Of a stretch of DNA of 64,000 nucleotides, positions 39,315-50,293 are shown piece after piece. The DNA comes from Candidatus Moanibacter sp. (GTDB lineage Bacteria > Verrucomicrobiota > Verrucomicrobiia > Opitutales > UBA2987). Every line of letters starts with the position of its first letter. Position 1 is the first letter of the stretch. The translations under genes and the position numbers were made by a program. Location of the stretch: NCBI GenBank assembly GCA_965215885.1, contig CBDCEW010000095.1:71345-135344 (forward strand). The letters run 5' to 3'. The notes beneath the pieces were generated by a model. That model worked only from the letters and a program-made list of their open reading frames with translations. It was not told the DNA's origin and searched no databases.

Positions 39315-42300
39315 GTGGCTCTAGACCCAAACACATTATACTATGGCGATTGGCTGGACTGGATCGAGCAGTGGGAAGATTCCTGCGTTGATTTAATCTA
39401 TTTGGACCCGCCCTTCAACTCGAAGGCCAACAAAAATATCATCTTTGCGAAAAACGGCGCGGGGGATGCCCAATACCGCGCCTTCACCGACATTTGGCAT
39501 TGGGACGATGAGGCTGCCGCCCGCTTCGAAATGTTCGAGGGCGCGGTCAGCCGTCCGGCGCACGATGTCATTGTCGGACTGTACAGATTCCTGGGCGAAT
39601 GCGTGATGCTCGCCTATCTGACCTATATGGCTGAACGACTCGAGCAGATGCATCGACTCCTCAAGCCGACAGGATCAATCTATCTAGACCCCATTCGAAA
39701 AGCCTTTCGAGCGGACGGTTTCAGGTTTTCCGCCACAGGCGGACCAGCCTATGGCTGGCAGGCGTCGGGTTTCAGGCTGCCGACGCTGCCGATGAGCAGG
39801 TATTGAAAGCGGCCATCGGCGTGGCTTGCTGCACAATACGCAGCAACCTTGCCGCTGTTTGGAGGCATACTCATCCCGTGGTGCTTTTTTCTCCGAGCTG
39901 CAAAGCGGTCAGATTCAGGCCGACTGTTCCAGTTCCTCCCGCAGTCGTTTCTTCATCAGTATGATGCGGCAGAAGTTGTAGGCCAGAACCTTCTCGAGCA
40001 GTTCATCGCCTACCGCATCGATGCCGCGGCGGCCGAGTTCGCCAAAGGCAAATCCATCGTTTAATCGTGAAGGCATCAGCGACTCCACTGCGGAGCGATT
40101 GCGGCGTGCCTCGCGATACGCCTCGCTCTCCCGGTCCTCGGGGGTGGTCAACTTCTTGCCCTTCGGCCCGCCGCGTCTATACTGATCTGACTTTAGGGGC
40201 CCAACCGCCCGAAGGCTGGCTCCTTGCGCCCAAAATACGGTGATAGCATATCCGCTCATCAGCGTCGCGTTGATCCGCAGCTAACCGGTCCAGACCTTGA
40301 TCGAATCGCCGATGTTTCCGGCACCAGCTCACATGGAGTAAAGACGCATTGCCTTGCGGTTCATCAGGATGGTGACAAGGAAGGTTCGCGGAACCAGTTG
40401 TGGCATTGTCGGCCCGAAGACTCAGGTGCGGCTGCCCTTCTTGATTAGGCCGCCGATTCCACTGCTCAGGACCTTCAAGTGCGTGGACGGTAGCTTCTCG
40501 CCCTGAAACCCCCGTCATAGGCCATCCTCAACATAGCTTGGCAACGGCATTTCATCGCGCCTGATCTGGCTCAATACCCGCTTCATAAGCTTGGCGAGTG
40601 GGAGGCAGTGAATCCATCCTAGGCCCGCTTCGATGTCTCAGTTCCCCTCCCGTTAGAGGTCGGCAGGGGTGGGCCCCGCTTGAGCAACCGCCGGAAGTCT
40701 TTCTTCAGCTTGCCTGTTCAAAATTCTGATAGAACCGCTCGGCCAGACAAATTTTTACCTCGCTATCGTCCATCTCCTGAGCCAACGCGCTAACGCTCCA
40801 TCCCTTACGTATCCTCCAGCCCGAATGAATGGGATCGCACGGTACTTCTGACTTCGGACGCTTAGGCCCGCATGATAAAGATCAGAATCCTTCATCGGTG
40901 GGATAGCAGACTGAAATGCATCAGGAGAGGTGCTGGGATTGTCCAGATTCGAAAGCGCCCATGGCTCCTGGAGGCTTAGAACCCAGTTGCCATGCATCAG
41001 CAAGAATCAAGCTCGCGTCCTATGGCAGACCAGGATCACGTACATCCAGATCGTCGTCACCGCCGGCATCCTCAGTCCCCGCCTCGTAAGAAATTACTAA
41101 GCTCATCGACTCGACGCAGAAATTTCGTTGCCGAATTTTCGAGAGTCAACTTTTGAGGGCTCAGAATCGGCGGGATCGAGATGCATCGACGTACGTAATA
41201 GCGTTCATAGGCCGGCATCAGCTTTGTTTGGCCTACCGGAAGGTCGATTCACACAGGCAGAATATTCCCCTCCTCGGGCAGCTCCGGCAGCTCCGGGTGC
41301 GCCCTTCAGAGAACCTTTCTACCAATTGACGTATCTTCTTCTCGCCATGGTCATTGTCCACGGTCCTTCTGGATCGCCTCGAAAAAGCGCCTCGAGCCGA
41401 AGCCAGATTCTTCAACTTCATCCAGAAAATCACGAAACTCCGTGTCTGGAACCGGCAGAATGAGGTTGCTAAGGGGCGTCTTGTCGCTTTTGTTCTCCTC
41501 TGTCGCACATGTTGGCATGTTTAACTCCTTTCTTAATCTTAAGTTGATTAAACACTCGTATGTTACGACACTTTTTATCAAGTCGAAAAACTGATTTTTC
41601 TCAAGTTTTTCTTGCGCCTTTTGCGCCTCTTTGCGGCCAATCAGTAGCTTTTCGGATAAGGTCTATCTACATTGCGATCCCACAGCCAGCCACTACCTCA
41701 AACTGCTCATGGATGCGATCTTCGGATATGGAAACTTTCTCAACGAGATTGTGTGGCATTATCAGGCTGGAACAAAACCACGAACAGCATTTGGCAGAAA
41801 GCATGATACAGTTTTTTCCTATAAACTGAGATTGAACACATTCAACCGACAACCGAAACCCGTCAATGACCCCAAGCGTTATAAGCACGTTGATAAGGTT
41901 GGCCGAAGATACGACGTAAATGGTCAAGGTAACCGCTACTATCTCGATCAAGGACAAACCTGTGACGATGTTTGGACCTATATCCAGGAGAAACAATTTC
42001 AGCAATTGAACTCACAAGCCAAAGAACGCCTTGGTTATCCAACACAAAAACCGCTTGCCCTGCTTGATCGCATAATCAAAGCCAGTTCGAGTAAAGGCGA
42101 TCTTGTCCTAGATCCCTTTTGCGGTTGTGGAACCACTATCGAATCGGCCGCTCGGCTTGGGCGCCAGTGGGCGGGCATCGATATTTCTTCGTTCGCCATT
42201 GGCATGATCCAAGACAAGCGTCTCAGAAGGCTCGGGATTATTCTATCGACACAGGGGATACCTTACGATCTGGTGTCTGCCCGCAAGCTATCCGTCGAAT

Positions 42301-42740
42301 CACCATTCAACTTCGAGAGTTGGGCAATTGCGAGAATACCAGGGTTTTCGCCGAACATCAAGCAGGTCGCAGACGGCGGTATAGACGGAAGGGCGACCTT
42401 GGCAACCAAGCCGGAAAATTTCGATTCCAGGCGAGCCTTGGCACAGACCAAGGGAGGGAGGTTCAATCTGAGCAACTTCAGAGATTTCTGCCACGTCATC
42501 GAACGCGAGAAGGCTGCTCTCGGATGCTTTATCACTCTTGATGACGTCGGATCACAGGCAGCTAGAACGGAAGCAGCCGGTTGTGGCCGTATACGTGTGT
42601 CAGGCTATCCCTACAAGAGAATGAACATGTGGGCAATCAGCGATTACTTCGGGGACAAAGGGTTGCCAAGACTGCCGATTATGAACGATCCTTTCACTGG
42701 TAAGCCCATGAGTCAATCTGACCTCTTTGCGTCAATCTGA
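39315..42740 (+). pseudogene. N4/N6 DNA methyltransferase fused to an Mrr-like endonuclease domain, split by an IS
   Basis: DPPF in the 5' part; [15 protein letters not shown] and DGGIDG...QTKGG in the 3' part; removing the IS and one TATCTA restores GSIYLHCD in frame. Confidence 0.9.
39687..41663 (-). mobile_element. Inverted second copy of the IS at 45685-47601 with a corrupted centre
   Basis: Ends GACCCCATTCGAAAAGC / GCTTTTCGGATAAGGTC; 6-bp duplication TATCTA. Confidence 0.88.
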
Positions 42741-42779
42741 TTTCATGCTTGATAATTTCCATAAAAAAGGAGGTAGGAG

Positions 42780-43028
42780 ATGAGTGAAAATGAATCACGT
42801 AATATTCTTAACGCCATAGCCGGACTCAAAGTTGACATGGGAGGACTCGGGAAGCGCATGGATCAATGTGTTCATGAGATGAAGGCTGATCTCAAGAAGG
42901 ATCGAGAGGATCGCAATGCGGAGCGCACTAGGGATCGAGAGGAGCGTACTAAGGATCGAGCGCACTACAATGCGGCTCTTCAGAGGATCCACGAGGCTCT
43001 TGAGGGAATGCAAAGAAGAGCACATTAA
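42780..43028 (+). CDS. Small coiled-coil hypothetical protein
   Basis: AGGAGG upstream; repeated DRE(E/D)R units. Confidence 0.5.
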   Translation: MSENESRNILNAIAGLKVDMGGLGKRMDQCVHEMKADLKKDREDRNAERTRDREERTKDRAHYNAALQRIHEALEGMQRRAH

Positions 43029-43077
43029 GTATATCATTACCTTACTTATTCCGACCACAGGACTTAGAAATGATAAG

Positions 43078-43933
43078 TTAAGAAACCCCGAGGCAAATCC
43101 CGATTGAATTCTCGAAGGAATCATTGCGGGCTCGCTGGTTATACTTGAAGCACGCCTCGGCGAGATAGAGGGGCATATACTTGACGCTGTAGTGGTGATG
43201 CTGGCCGAACCATGCCCGCTTTACCAGGGCCCAGAACCCTTCAATGCCATTTGTGTGGGTCAGTTTCTCCACGTAGGCCAATGAGTGATTGATTACGGCG
43301 TGAACCATCTTACGCCCGACTTGGTGATAGGCCGGGTTTTCGTCGGTTATCAGAATCGTTCCGTCCTTCTGCACGAAGCGATCAATGAACCACTCTAGGC
43401 CGTCAGAGGAGAGATCGACGGCAACCTCGGCATGAACGCGCCCGCCGCGCTCGAGAACGCCAGTAATCGGTGTCTTGGAAGTGCCGCGCCCGCGCGGGTG
43501 AGAAACGCGATCCTCAACGCGATTGGTCTTTCTCGGCTTGCCACCTATGTAAGTCTCATCGGCTTCGACTATCCCTTTGAAGAGTTCCTTCTGTTCGGGA
43601 TCAAGAGCCATAGCCGCCCGAATGCGGTGCATGATTGACCAAACTGTTGCTTGATGCATACCAAGATCGCGTGCTATCTGATAAGAGCTTGAAGACTTCT
43701 TTGCATTGAGCATCAGAGTGAGGATCAGGAACCAGTTCTTGAGCGGCACGTGCGTCCGGTGAAATACCGTTCCCACCGTAACCGAGAAGGACTTTTCACA
43801 TGCCCAACATTGCCACCGGCGAACCTGTTTATTGCGTTCGGTATGCTTGCAAGTCTTGTGGCCGTGGCAATACGGGCATTCCGTTTTTCCTTGCCAGCGA
43901 ACCTTTTCCAAGTAATCTGCGGCTTGTTGGTTA
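43078..43933 (-). pseudogene. IS1595-family transposase with 5' end replaced by a palindromic repeat
   Basis: CPYC..C..C zinc ribbon, EADETYIGG, TD, HTNGIEGFW. Confidence 0.85.
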
Positions 43934-44048
43934 GTAAAGATCCTCGGGGCAAGCCCCGAGGCATTTGAGTTTCCAGATCTCAAAATTGAAGGTACGAAGC
44001 AAGCTTCGGGGAATTGAACCCGGAGCGATTAAACCCGAAGCGATTAAA
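43934..44048 (+). repeat. Non-autonomous two-hairpin element, copy 1
   Basis: GTAAAGATCCTCGGGGCAAGCCCCGAGGCATTT...CGAAGCAAGCTTCG...CGATTAAA. Confidence 0.75.
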
Positions 44049-44115
44049 TGGGCCAAAAACCGATTCTCCCGTGACAGGATAGAGGATTATCAGCAACTCA
44101 CGCTTTCAGGCCACT

Positions 44116-45204
44116 TCAGGACGGCCTCGCGAACCGGACACAAACCGGCATCGGCACATTCACCGCTTCGCCCGTTGGCGCTAACCGGCCCGTCTCGCGA
44201 TCGACTCGGAAAGTGACCACATTGTCGGAGTCCTGATGCGCCACCAAAAGTAAACTCCCACCCGGTGCGAACGCGAAATTCCGCGGTGTCTTTCCCAGGC
44301 TGGGCTCGAATCCTACAAGCGACAATCCGCCTCTTTCCGAATCGATCGCAAAAATTGCCATACTGTCGTGTCCCCGGTTCGAACCGTAAAGAAAACGGCC
44401 GTCCCGCGATACCAGAACTTCCGCCGTGGTGCTCTCGCCCGCGAAGCCTTCCGGCAGCGTCGAGACTGTCTCAATCTCCTGCAGTTCGCCCGTTTCCGAT
44501 GCGTAGGAGAAAGCCGTTATGGTGGAGTCAAGTTCGTTGATAACGTAAGCAGAGCGACCAGAAGGATGAAAGGTGAAGTGGCGCGGACCTGCCCCCGCCG
44601 CAACCTCTACCCAAGGCTTCTCTGCCGGGGTGAGCATACTCTTCTCCGCATCTAAACGGTAGACCATAATCCGATCGAGGCCCAAATCACAGATAAAGAC
44701 GAAGCGGTTATCGGGTGACAGGTTCGCGGAATGTGCGTGTGGCCCCGTCTGCCGTTGGGGATTAACACTGCTCCCTTCGTGCTGGAAGAAGGCACTCGCC
44801 TCCCCCAGTCGGCCATCTTCAGCCAACGGAAACGCTGACACGCTCCCGCTACCATAATTGGCCACAAGGAGACACCGGCCCGCCGCGTCTATGTTGAGGT
44901 GACAGGGGCCCGAACCGCCCGAAGGCTGGCTGTTCAAAATACTGATAGAACCGCTCACAGCGTCGCGTTGAAACGCGCTAACCGCTCCACCCTTACGTTC
45001 GCCATGTTTCCTCACTTCGCTTACCGCGTAAAGATAACGTTCATTGGGATGGATGGCAAGGAAGGTCGGATTGTCCATTTCGGCCACAAGCTCAGGTGTG
45101 CTTAGACTTCCATCTTCAATATCAAGGCGGCAGAGGTAGATCCCCTCGCCCTCCCCGCTCGTATAGGTTCCTAAATAGACAAACATTTCATCCGTTTTCA
45201 TCAA
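44116..45204 (-). CDS. pgl: Lactonase (6-phosphogluconolactonase-like beta-propeller)
   Basis: GTYT, ANY.SG, RQ.GPHAH, DLGLD, GPRH, SNRGHDS, PRNF. Confidence 0.88.
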   Translation of the reverse strand: MMKTDEMFVYLGTYTSGEGEGIYLCRLDIEDGSLSTPELVAEMDNPTFLAIHPNERYLYAVSEVRKHGERKGGAVSAFQRDAVSGSISILNSQPSGGSGPCHLNIDAAGRCLLVANYGSGSVSAFPLAEDGRLGEASAFFQHEGSSVNPQRQTGPHAHSANLSPDNRFVFICDLGLDRIMVYRLDAEKSMLTPAEKPWVEVAAGAGPRHFTFHPSGRSAYVINELDSTITAFSYASETGELQEIETVSTLPEGFAGESTTAEVLVSRDGRFLYGSNRGHDSMAIFAIDSERGGLSLVGFEPSLGKTPRNFAFAPGGSLLLVAHQDSDNVVTFRVDRETGRLAPTGEAVNVPMPVCVRFARPS

Positions 45205-45311
45205 TTTTGCTTTCGATGTCGATACTATCCATCCTAGGTCGATCGAGTAAGTTCCCCTCCCGGGAGGGGCAGGGGTGGGTTTCTACCAGGCTCTTTTTCG
45301 CCTTTCAAATT

Positions 45312-45680
45312 CTAAACCGCTCGGCCGCTTTTACCTCGTATCGCCATCCAGAGAAGGGAAACGCAAAACGTTAACAGCCCCGAGGCAATGAATGGGATCG
45401 AAGCGATATAAGTATAAGCTTGATTACCCATGACAAGCCCAAACAAAACAAGCAAACACACACCAACCAGGAAAACGATAGTGCTTAGATGGATAGGGTT
45501 CATAAATCGTTGGTCTCTCTTGATGGCCTGCCAAAGGTTGATCACCATCACAAAGACATTGATCAAATTCATAACGGATAGCACGAGAATGATCACGCTA
45601 TTTGGTGGAATCAGCTTTCCTGCCAAGGGAAGCCCCACTAGCACGGTGATTATCAGAAGTACTAAGGTAAATTCCGTCAT
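45312..45680 (-). CDS. Small membrane protein (about four TM segments)
   Basis: 122 aa hydrophobic ORF. Confidence 0.55.
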   Translation of the reverse strand: MTEFTLVLLIITVLVGLPLAGKLIPPNSVIILVLSVMNLINVFVMVINLWQAIKRDQRFMNPIHLSTIVFLVGVCLLVLFGLVMGNQAYTYIASIPFIASGLLTFCVSLLWMAIRGKSGRAV

Positions 45681-45684
45681 ACTA

Positions 45685-47601
45685 GACCTTATCCGAAAAG
45701 CTACTGATTGGCCGCAAAGAGGCGCAAAAGGCGCAAGAAAAACTTGAGAAAAATCATTTTTTGGCTTGATAAAAAGTGTCGCAACATGCTAGTGTTTAAC
45801 AACTTAAGATTAAGAAATGAGTTAAACATGCCAACATGTGCGACAGAGGAGAACAAAAGCGATAAGACGCCCCTGAGCAACCTCATTCTGCCGGTTCCAG
45901 ACACGGATTTCCGTGATTTTCTGGATGAAGTTGAAGAATTGGCCGGGTTCGCGGCGCAAATCATCGAGGCGATCGAGAAGGATCTGGACGCCCATGCGCG
46001 TGAGAAGAAGAAACTTCGATTGGAAGATCGCAGGTTCTTTGAAGGGCGCACAGCGGAGCTGCCGGAGCTGGACATCGAGGAGGAGAATATTCTGGCTGCT
46101 GAATTGAATCTTGGGGCAGGCCGGCCGCGGATGCCGGCTTATGCGGTATACGTGTTCGTGATGCTTCGAGGGTTTCTGGGTTCGTTGACCACGAAACCGG
46201 CACGGCGGTTTGTGCGCGAGTCGATGAGCTTGTACGGATTTTTGCAGAGCGGGGGACTGAGAATGCCGGCGGTGACGACGATTCTGGAGAACGTGAACCT
46301 GGTCAGCCATACGACCCGCGAGTTGATCTTTGATAAACAGATTGGGTTTATCCTCCAGGAGCAATGGGACGATTTCGGGAAGCTGACGATCGACAGCACC
46401 TCGGTGAAAGCAAACAGCTGCTGGCCCACCGATGGGAAGATTCTGAGCGGTCTTTTGATGCGGGCCAATCGTTTGGGTCAGAAGTTGCATGTCTTCGGGC
46501 TGGAGGATTTTCGCAAGGGATGGGTTGGGCGTTGGCTGGAGGAAATGGACAAGCTGGAGTTTCAGATTTGTCTGGCCGCGGGCAAACCGAAGTCGAAGGG
46601 CAAGCTGAAGAAACACTACCGGCGGTTGCTCAAGCGGGGCCGCAAGGCGGCCGACTCACTAACGGGGGAACTGAGCCATCTTGAAGAGGGCCTGTCGATG
46701 GATTCACTGCCTCCCACTCGCCGGGAGCTTCTGGAGCGGGCATTGAGCCAGATCAGGGGCGATATTGCCGACGCCAAGCGGGTTGTTGAGTATGCTCATG
46801 ATCGGGTGTTTCACGAAAAGAAGCTACCGTCCACACAGAAGGTCCTGAGCCTCTCGGACGGATCGGCGGCCTACATCAAGAAGGGCAGCCGCAATCCAGT
46901 GATCGGGTACAAGCCACAACTGGTTCGCAGCGAAAACGGTTTTGTCACCAGCCTGATCGTACCGCAAGGCAACGCGGCAGACTCCATTGAGCTGGCGCCG
47001 GCCATCGGCGATTCGATCAAGCGCACCGGTGTCATTGCTGAACTGGTCAGCACCGATGACGGATATGCTTCGGCGAAGGGACGCAAGGAGGTGCTGAGCA
47101 TGGGGGTAAAGCAGATCAGTATCAGTGGGGCGAAGGGCAAGAAGTTGACCACCCCCGAGGACTGGGAGAGCGAGGCGTATCGCGAGGCACGCCGCGATCG
47201 CTCCGCAGTGGAGTCGCTGATGTTCACGATTAAAGATGGATTTGCCTTTGGCGAACTCGGCCGCCGCGGCATCGATGCGGTAGGCGATGAACTGCTCGAG
47301 AAGGTTCTGGCCTACAACTTCTGCCGCATCATACTGATGAAGAAACGCCGAGGGGAGGAACTGGAACAGGCAGCCTGAATCTGACCGCTTTGAAGCTCAG
47401 AGAAAAAAGCACCACGGGATGAGTATGCCTCCAGACAGCGGCAAATATACGTATTGTGCAGCAAGCCACGCCGATGGCCGCTCAATACCTGCTCATCGGC
47501 AGCGCCGGCAGCCTAAAACCCGAAACCTGCCAGCCATAGGCTGGTCCGCCCGTGGCGGAGAACCTTAACCCGCCCGCTCGAAAGGCTTTTCGAATGGGGT
47601 C
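45685..47601 (+). mobile_element. Complete IS (IS5/IS1182-like DDE) with 6-bp target duplication
   Basis: Ends GACCTTATCCGAAAAGC / GCTTTTCGAATGGGGTC; ATACTA on both sides. Confidence 0.9.
45828..47378 (+). CDS. DDE transposase
   Basis: IDSTSV.AN..PTD, GYK, DDGY, RSAVES. Confidence 0.88.
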   Translation: MPTCATEENKSDKTPLSNLILPVPDTDFRDFLDEVEELAGFAAQIIEAIEKDLDAHAREKKKLRLEDRRFFEGRTAELPELDIEEENILAAELNLGAGRPRMPAYAVYVFVMLRGFLGSLTTKPARRFVRESMSLYGFLQSGGLRMPAVTTILENVNLVSHTTRELIFDKQIGFILQEQWDDFGKLTIDSTSVKANSCWPTDGKILSGLLMRANRLGQKLHVFGLEDFRKGWVGRWLEEMDKLEFQICLAAGKPKSKGKLKKHYRRLLKRGRKAADSLTGELSHLEEGLSMDSLPPTRRELLERALSQIRGDIADAKRVVEYAHDRVFHEKKLPSTQKVLSLSDGSAAYIKKGSRNPVIGYKPQLVRSENGFVTSLIVPQGNAADSIELAPAIGDSIKRTGVIAELVSTDDGYASAKGRKEVLSMGVKQISISGAKGKKLTTPEDWESEAYREARRDRSAVESLMFTIKDGFAFGELGRRGIDAVGDELLEKVLAYNFCRIILMKKRRGEELEQAA

Positions 47602-47847
47602 ATACTAAGGTAAATTCCGTCATGCACAACGGATTGCTTTTCGACGATAAGCTCTAGTCTAATCCCCGGAAGCGAGCTTGTCGAATTCCTCAACGCTACT
47701 TGCAAGTTTACCGAAACCTGTCGATAGGCCTTATCTACCAATTGCGCCAACTCCAATCAACAAACAAAATTCGCACGTTATTTCTAATTTTTTGAAAAAC
47801 AAAATAATGGGTCCGAAACCTTCTGAGTTTATTTGATCATAACCGAC

Positions 47848-47914
47848 CGTGCGACGGAGCGCCCGGTCCACCGATAAAGCAGGTTCAGTGGTGGACCGGG
47901 CGCTCCGTCGCACG
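47848..47914. repeat. Long inverted repeat (REPIN-like hairpin); degenerate relative near 49997-50060
   Basis: CGTGCGACGGAGCGCCCGGTCCACC ... GGTGGACCGGGCGCTCCGTCGCACG. Confidence 0.8.
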
Positions 47915-48038
47915 GTCAAAATAGGTAGTAACTCCATTAGATAAACAGATCTCGCCAATTCAGTTTGGTCTGCCTGATCCCGCTCAGCAGGACCAAGGGA
48001 GGCCAAAGGCTGCTTAAGGTCCGGCCGAATGCCGGGGG

Positions 48039-49616
48039 CTACCGAGCTTCTTCATCCCTCACTGGCAGCCGATAGCAGGCCGCCTCTCTGTGGTTTCGGA
48101 CGAGGAGATATTCTCCTGCCAGGGCGGGAGGGTTCCAACTCTTTCCCTCCAGTGCCGTAAATCTTGCCAACTCCCGACTCTCCTGAGGGTTCGGATCCAG
48201 AAGGACTACCTCTCCATACTCGGACGTAACGAGAAGCAAATCGCCCACCAGAATAACCTGGCCGTGTCCATAGCGCCCCCTCTTCCATCGCAACTTACCA
48301 TTGGCCGCATCGAGACAGACCATCACCCCATCATCCAGTCCGTAAATGAAACCTTCGTGATAGACAACGTTAGTGAATTTCGCCTTTAAGCGAAGAGTTT
48401 TCCAGATTCTTGAGGCCGAGAACTTCCCTTCCAGATCCTGATTGATTTTCAACAGCTCGCTTCCCGTGCCGTAGCCGCTCGAGACGAGTATCCGATCATG
48501 GGGAAGGACAACCGGCATGGCGACATGGGGATGGCCTCTCCTCCACGGGTACCTCCAATACACGTTCCCATTCTCCGGATTATGCGAGGCCACACCCGAA
48601 GCATTAAATATCAAGACTTGGGGAACGCCAACGAGCGTGCACAGTAAGGGTGAACTGTAATGGGCCTGTTCACTGCCCATTCCCCAGGCAAAATCCCCCG
48701 AATCCCGGTAGTATGCCACGAGCGATCGATTAGCGCTGCCGCCCGCGCAGACAATTACTGTCTCCGGAATCACGAGAGGGGAACCGCTGAACCCCCAATC
48801 GGGCACACTGCTATTGTTATTCTTTACGATATCTTTCGTCCACACCCGATTCCCTGTGGATAAATCGAAACAGTTCAGTATCCCTGTTGCCCCGAGTGTG
48901 TAGACACGCTCACCTACGATGGTGGGCGTGGCTCGAGGTCCGATACCTCCGAGGAAAGTCTCGTAGCGGGCATTGTCCGTATGTCTCCAGAGCCTCTTAC
49001 CGGTAAGCAGGTCGTATGCCGTCACCCACTCGCTATTACCACGCTGTTCCTGGGTGACCGCAAAACGCCCCTTTACGGCAAATCCAGACCAACCCGCTCC
49101 AATCGATTCACGCCAGATCAGCTCGGGTTTGCGCGCTTCCCAATCGCGAAAGAGGATCGGACCGGTGACCGTAGCATTACGCCGCGGACCAAGGAACTGG
49201 GGATAATTCAAGTTATCCGCCCCAACTTGCGGTCCCCCAATGGGGACGCTTCCTGAAGCTTCAGTCTCGGAATCCGGTTCTGTCTCTTCCGGAAGAGTAT
49301 GCTCTCTCCACCGCCACTCCACAATCGGAACAAAATCGCCGGAAACCTCCCTCAACCTGAATAAGACGCAGATTACCGCGACCAGCCCTAAAAGGATACC
49401 TGCTACCACCAATTTAATCCACCTGCGCAGCCGCGAAAAGACCAGGATCCACAACAAGCTGAGAAGGTAGGTAACAACAAGAACAGAGGCCGTCCAGATA
49501 AGCTTTTCCTGTCTCTGAACATCCCGAATCACCCAGTTCCATACAAGCACAAATGCGGCGAGCAAGAGCAGCAATAGAAGCGGCCACCAGCGTATCTTAA
49601 CCTGTTTTTCGTGCAT
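48039..49616 (-). CDS. Membrane-anchored PQQ-like beta-propeller (BamB-like) protein
   Basis: N-terminal TM segments; YPQFLGP.R, GPRATP, SSP, W-containing propeller repeats. Confidence 0.85.
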   Translation of the reverse strand: MHEKQVKIRWWPLLLLLLLAAFVLVWNWVIRDVQRQEKLIWTASVLVVTYLLSLLWILVFSRLRRWIKLVVAGILLGLVAVICVLFRLREVSGDFVPIVEWRWREHTLPEETEPDSETEASGSVPIGGPQVGADNLNYPQFLGPRRNATVTGPILFRDWEARKPELIWRESIGAGWSGFAVKGRFAVTQEQRGNSEWVTAYDLLTGKRLWRHTDNARYETFLGGIGPRATPTIVGERVYTLGATGILNCFDLSTGNRVWTKDIVKNNNSSVPDWGFSGSPLVIPETVIVCAGGSANRSLVAYYRDSGDFAWGMGSEQAHYSSPLLCTLVGVPQVLIFNASGVASHNPENGNVYWRYPWRRGHPHVAMPVVLPHDRILVSSGYGTGSELLKINQDLEGKFSASRIWKTLRLKAKFTNVVYHEGFIYGLDDGVMVCLDAANGKLRWKRGRYGHGQVILVGDLLLVTSEYGEVVLLDPNPQESRELARFTALEGKSWNPPALAGEYLLVRNHREAACYRLPVRDEEAR

Positions 49617-50293
49617 TTTACAGTCCGACAGGTTCTCAGGTCGGACAAGCCGCCAAAGCGCCGCTTTTATCGGTGGCAATTGAATAGGTCTTCGTTTCGG
49701 TAGCGATCAGCATGAAGTATCCTTTATTTCGCGGAATTTACCAGGTTGACGTCCTGTCGGCGATTGAGGCAAGTTCCCTCCACATCCTCGCAGACATAAT
49801 ATAGAGCATATCCATCCCAACTCATGGAACAATTCGCAACCGTCTCTGGCCAGCCTATTTCGAATTCAATACTGCTGAATTTGGCGGCGGTCGGTTTCAG
49901 CCACCCTCGACGAAGCTCGGGGACTGATAGATTTCACTTTTAACTTGGTAATTCCCCGTAGCTTGCTACGGGGTCGCTGATTTTCTCAAGCATCATCGTG
50001 CGCGGAGCGCCCGATCCACCCGCAGCAAGGATGTTAGTGGTGGAACGGCCCCTCCGGGGACGTTTGTTTCAACTTCGAAATTAGCATAGGCAATTAAGTT
50101 CCAAATGGCGAAAGAGTTAGATACCCCGTCCGCGGCATGCCGGGACGGGGAGTGTTCATTAAATATTTTACAGTCGTCCTTGATTCCGCACGGAAAATCG
50201 TGCGATACTACACCTTCGTTAGACCACGCGGCGGACAACACTTCTTCCACGTCTCAGCAAAATGCCGTCTACCATACGCCGCACGGACTCATC

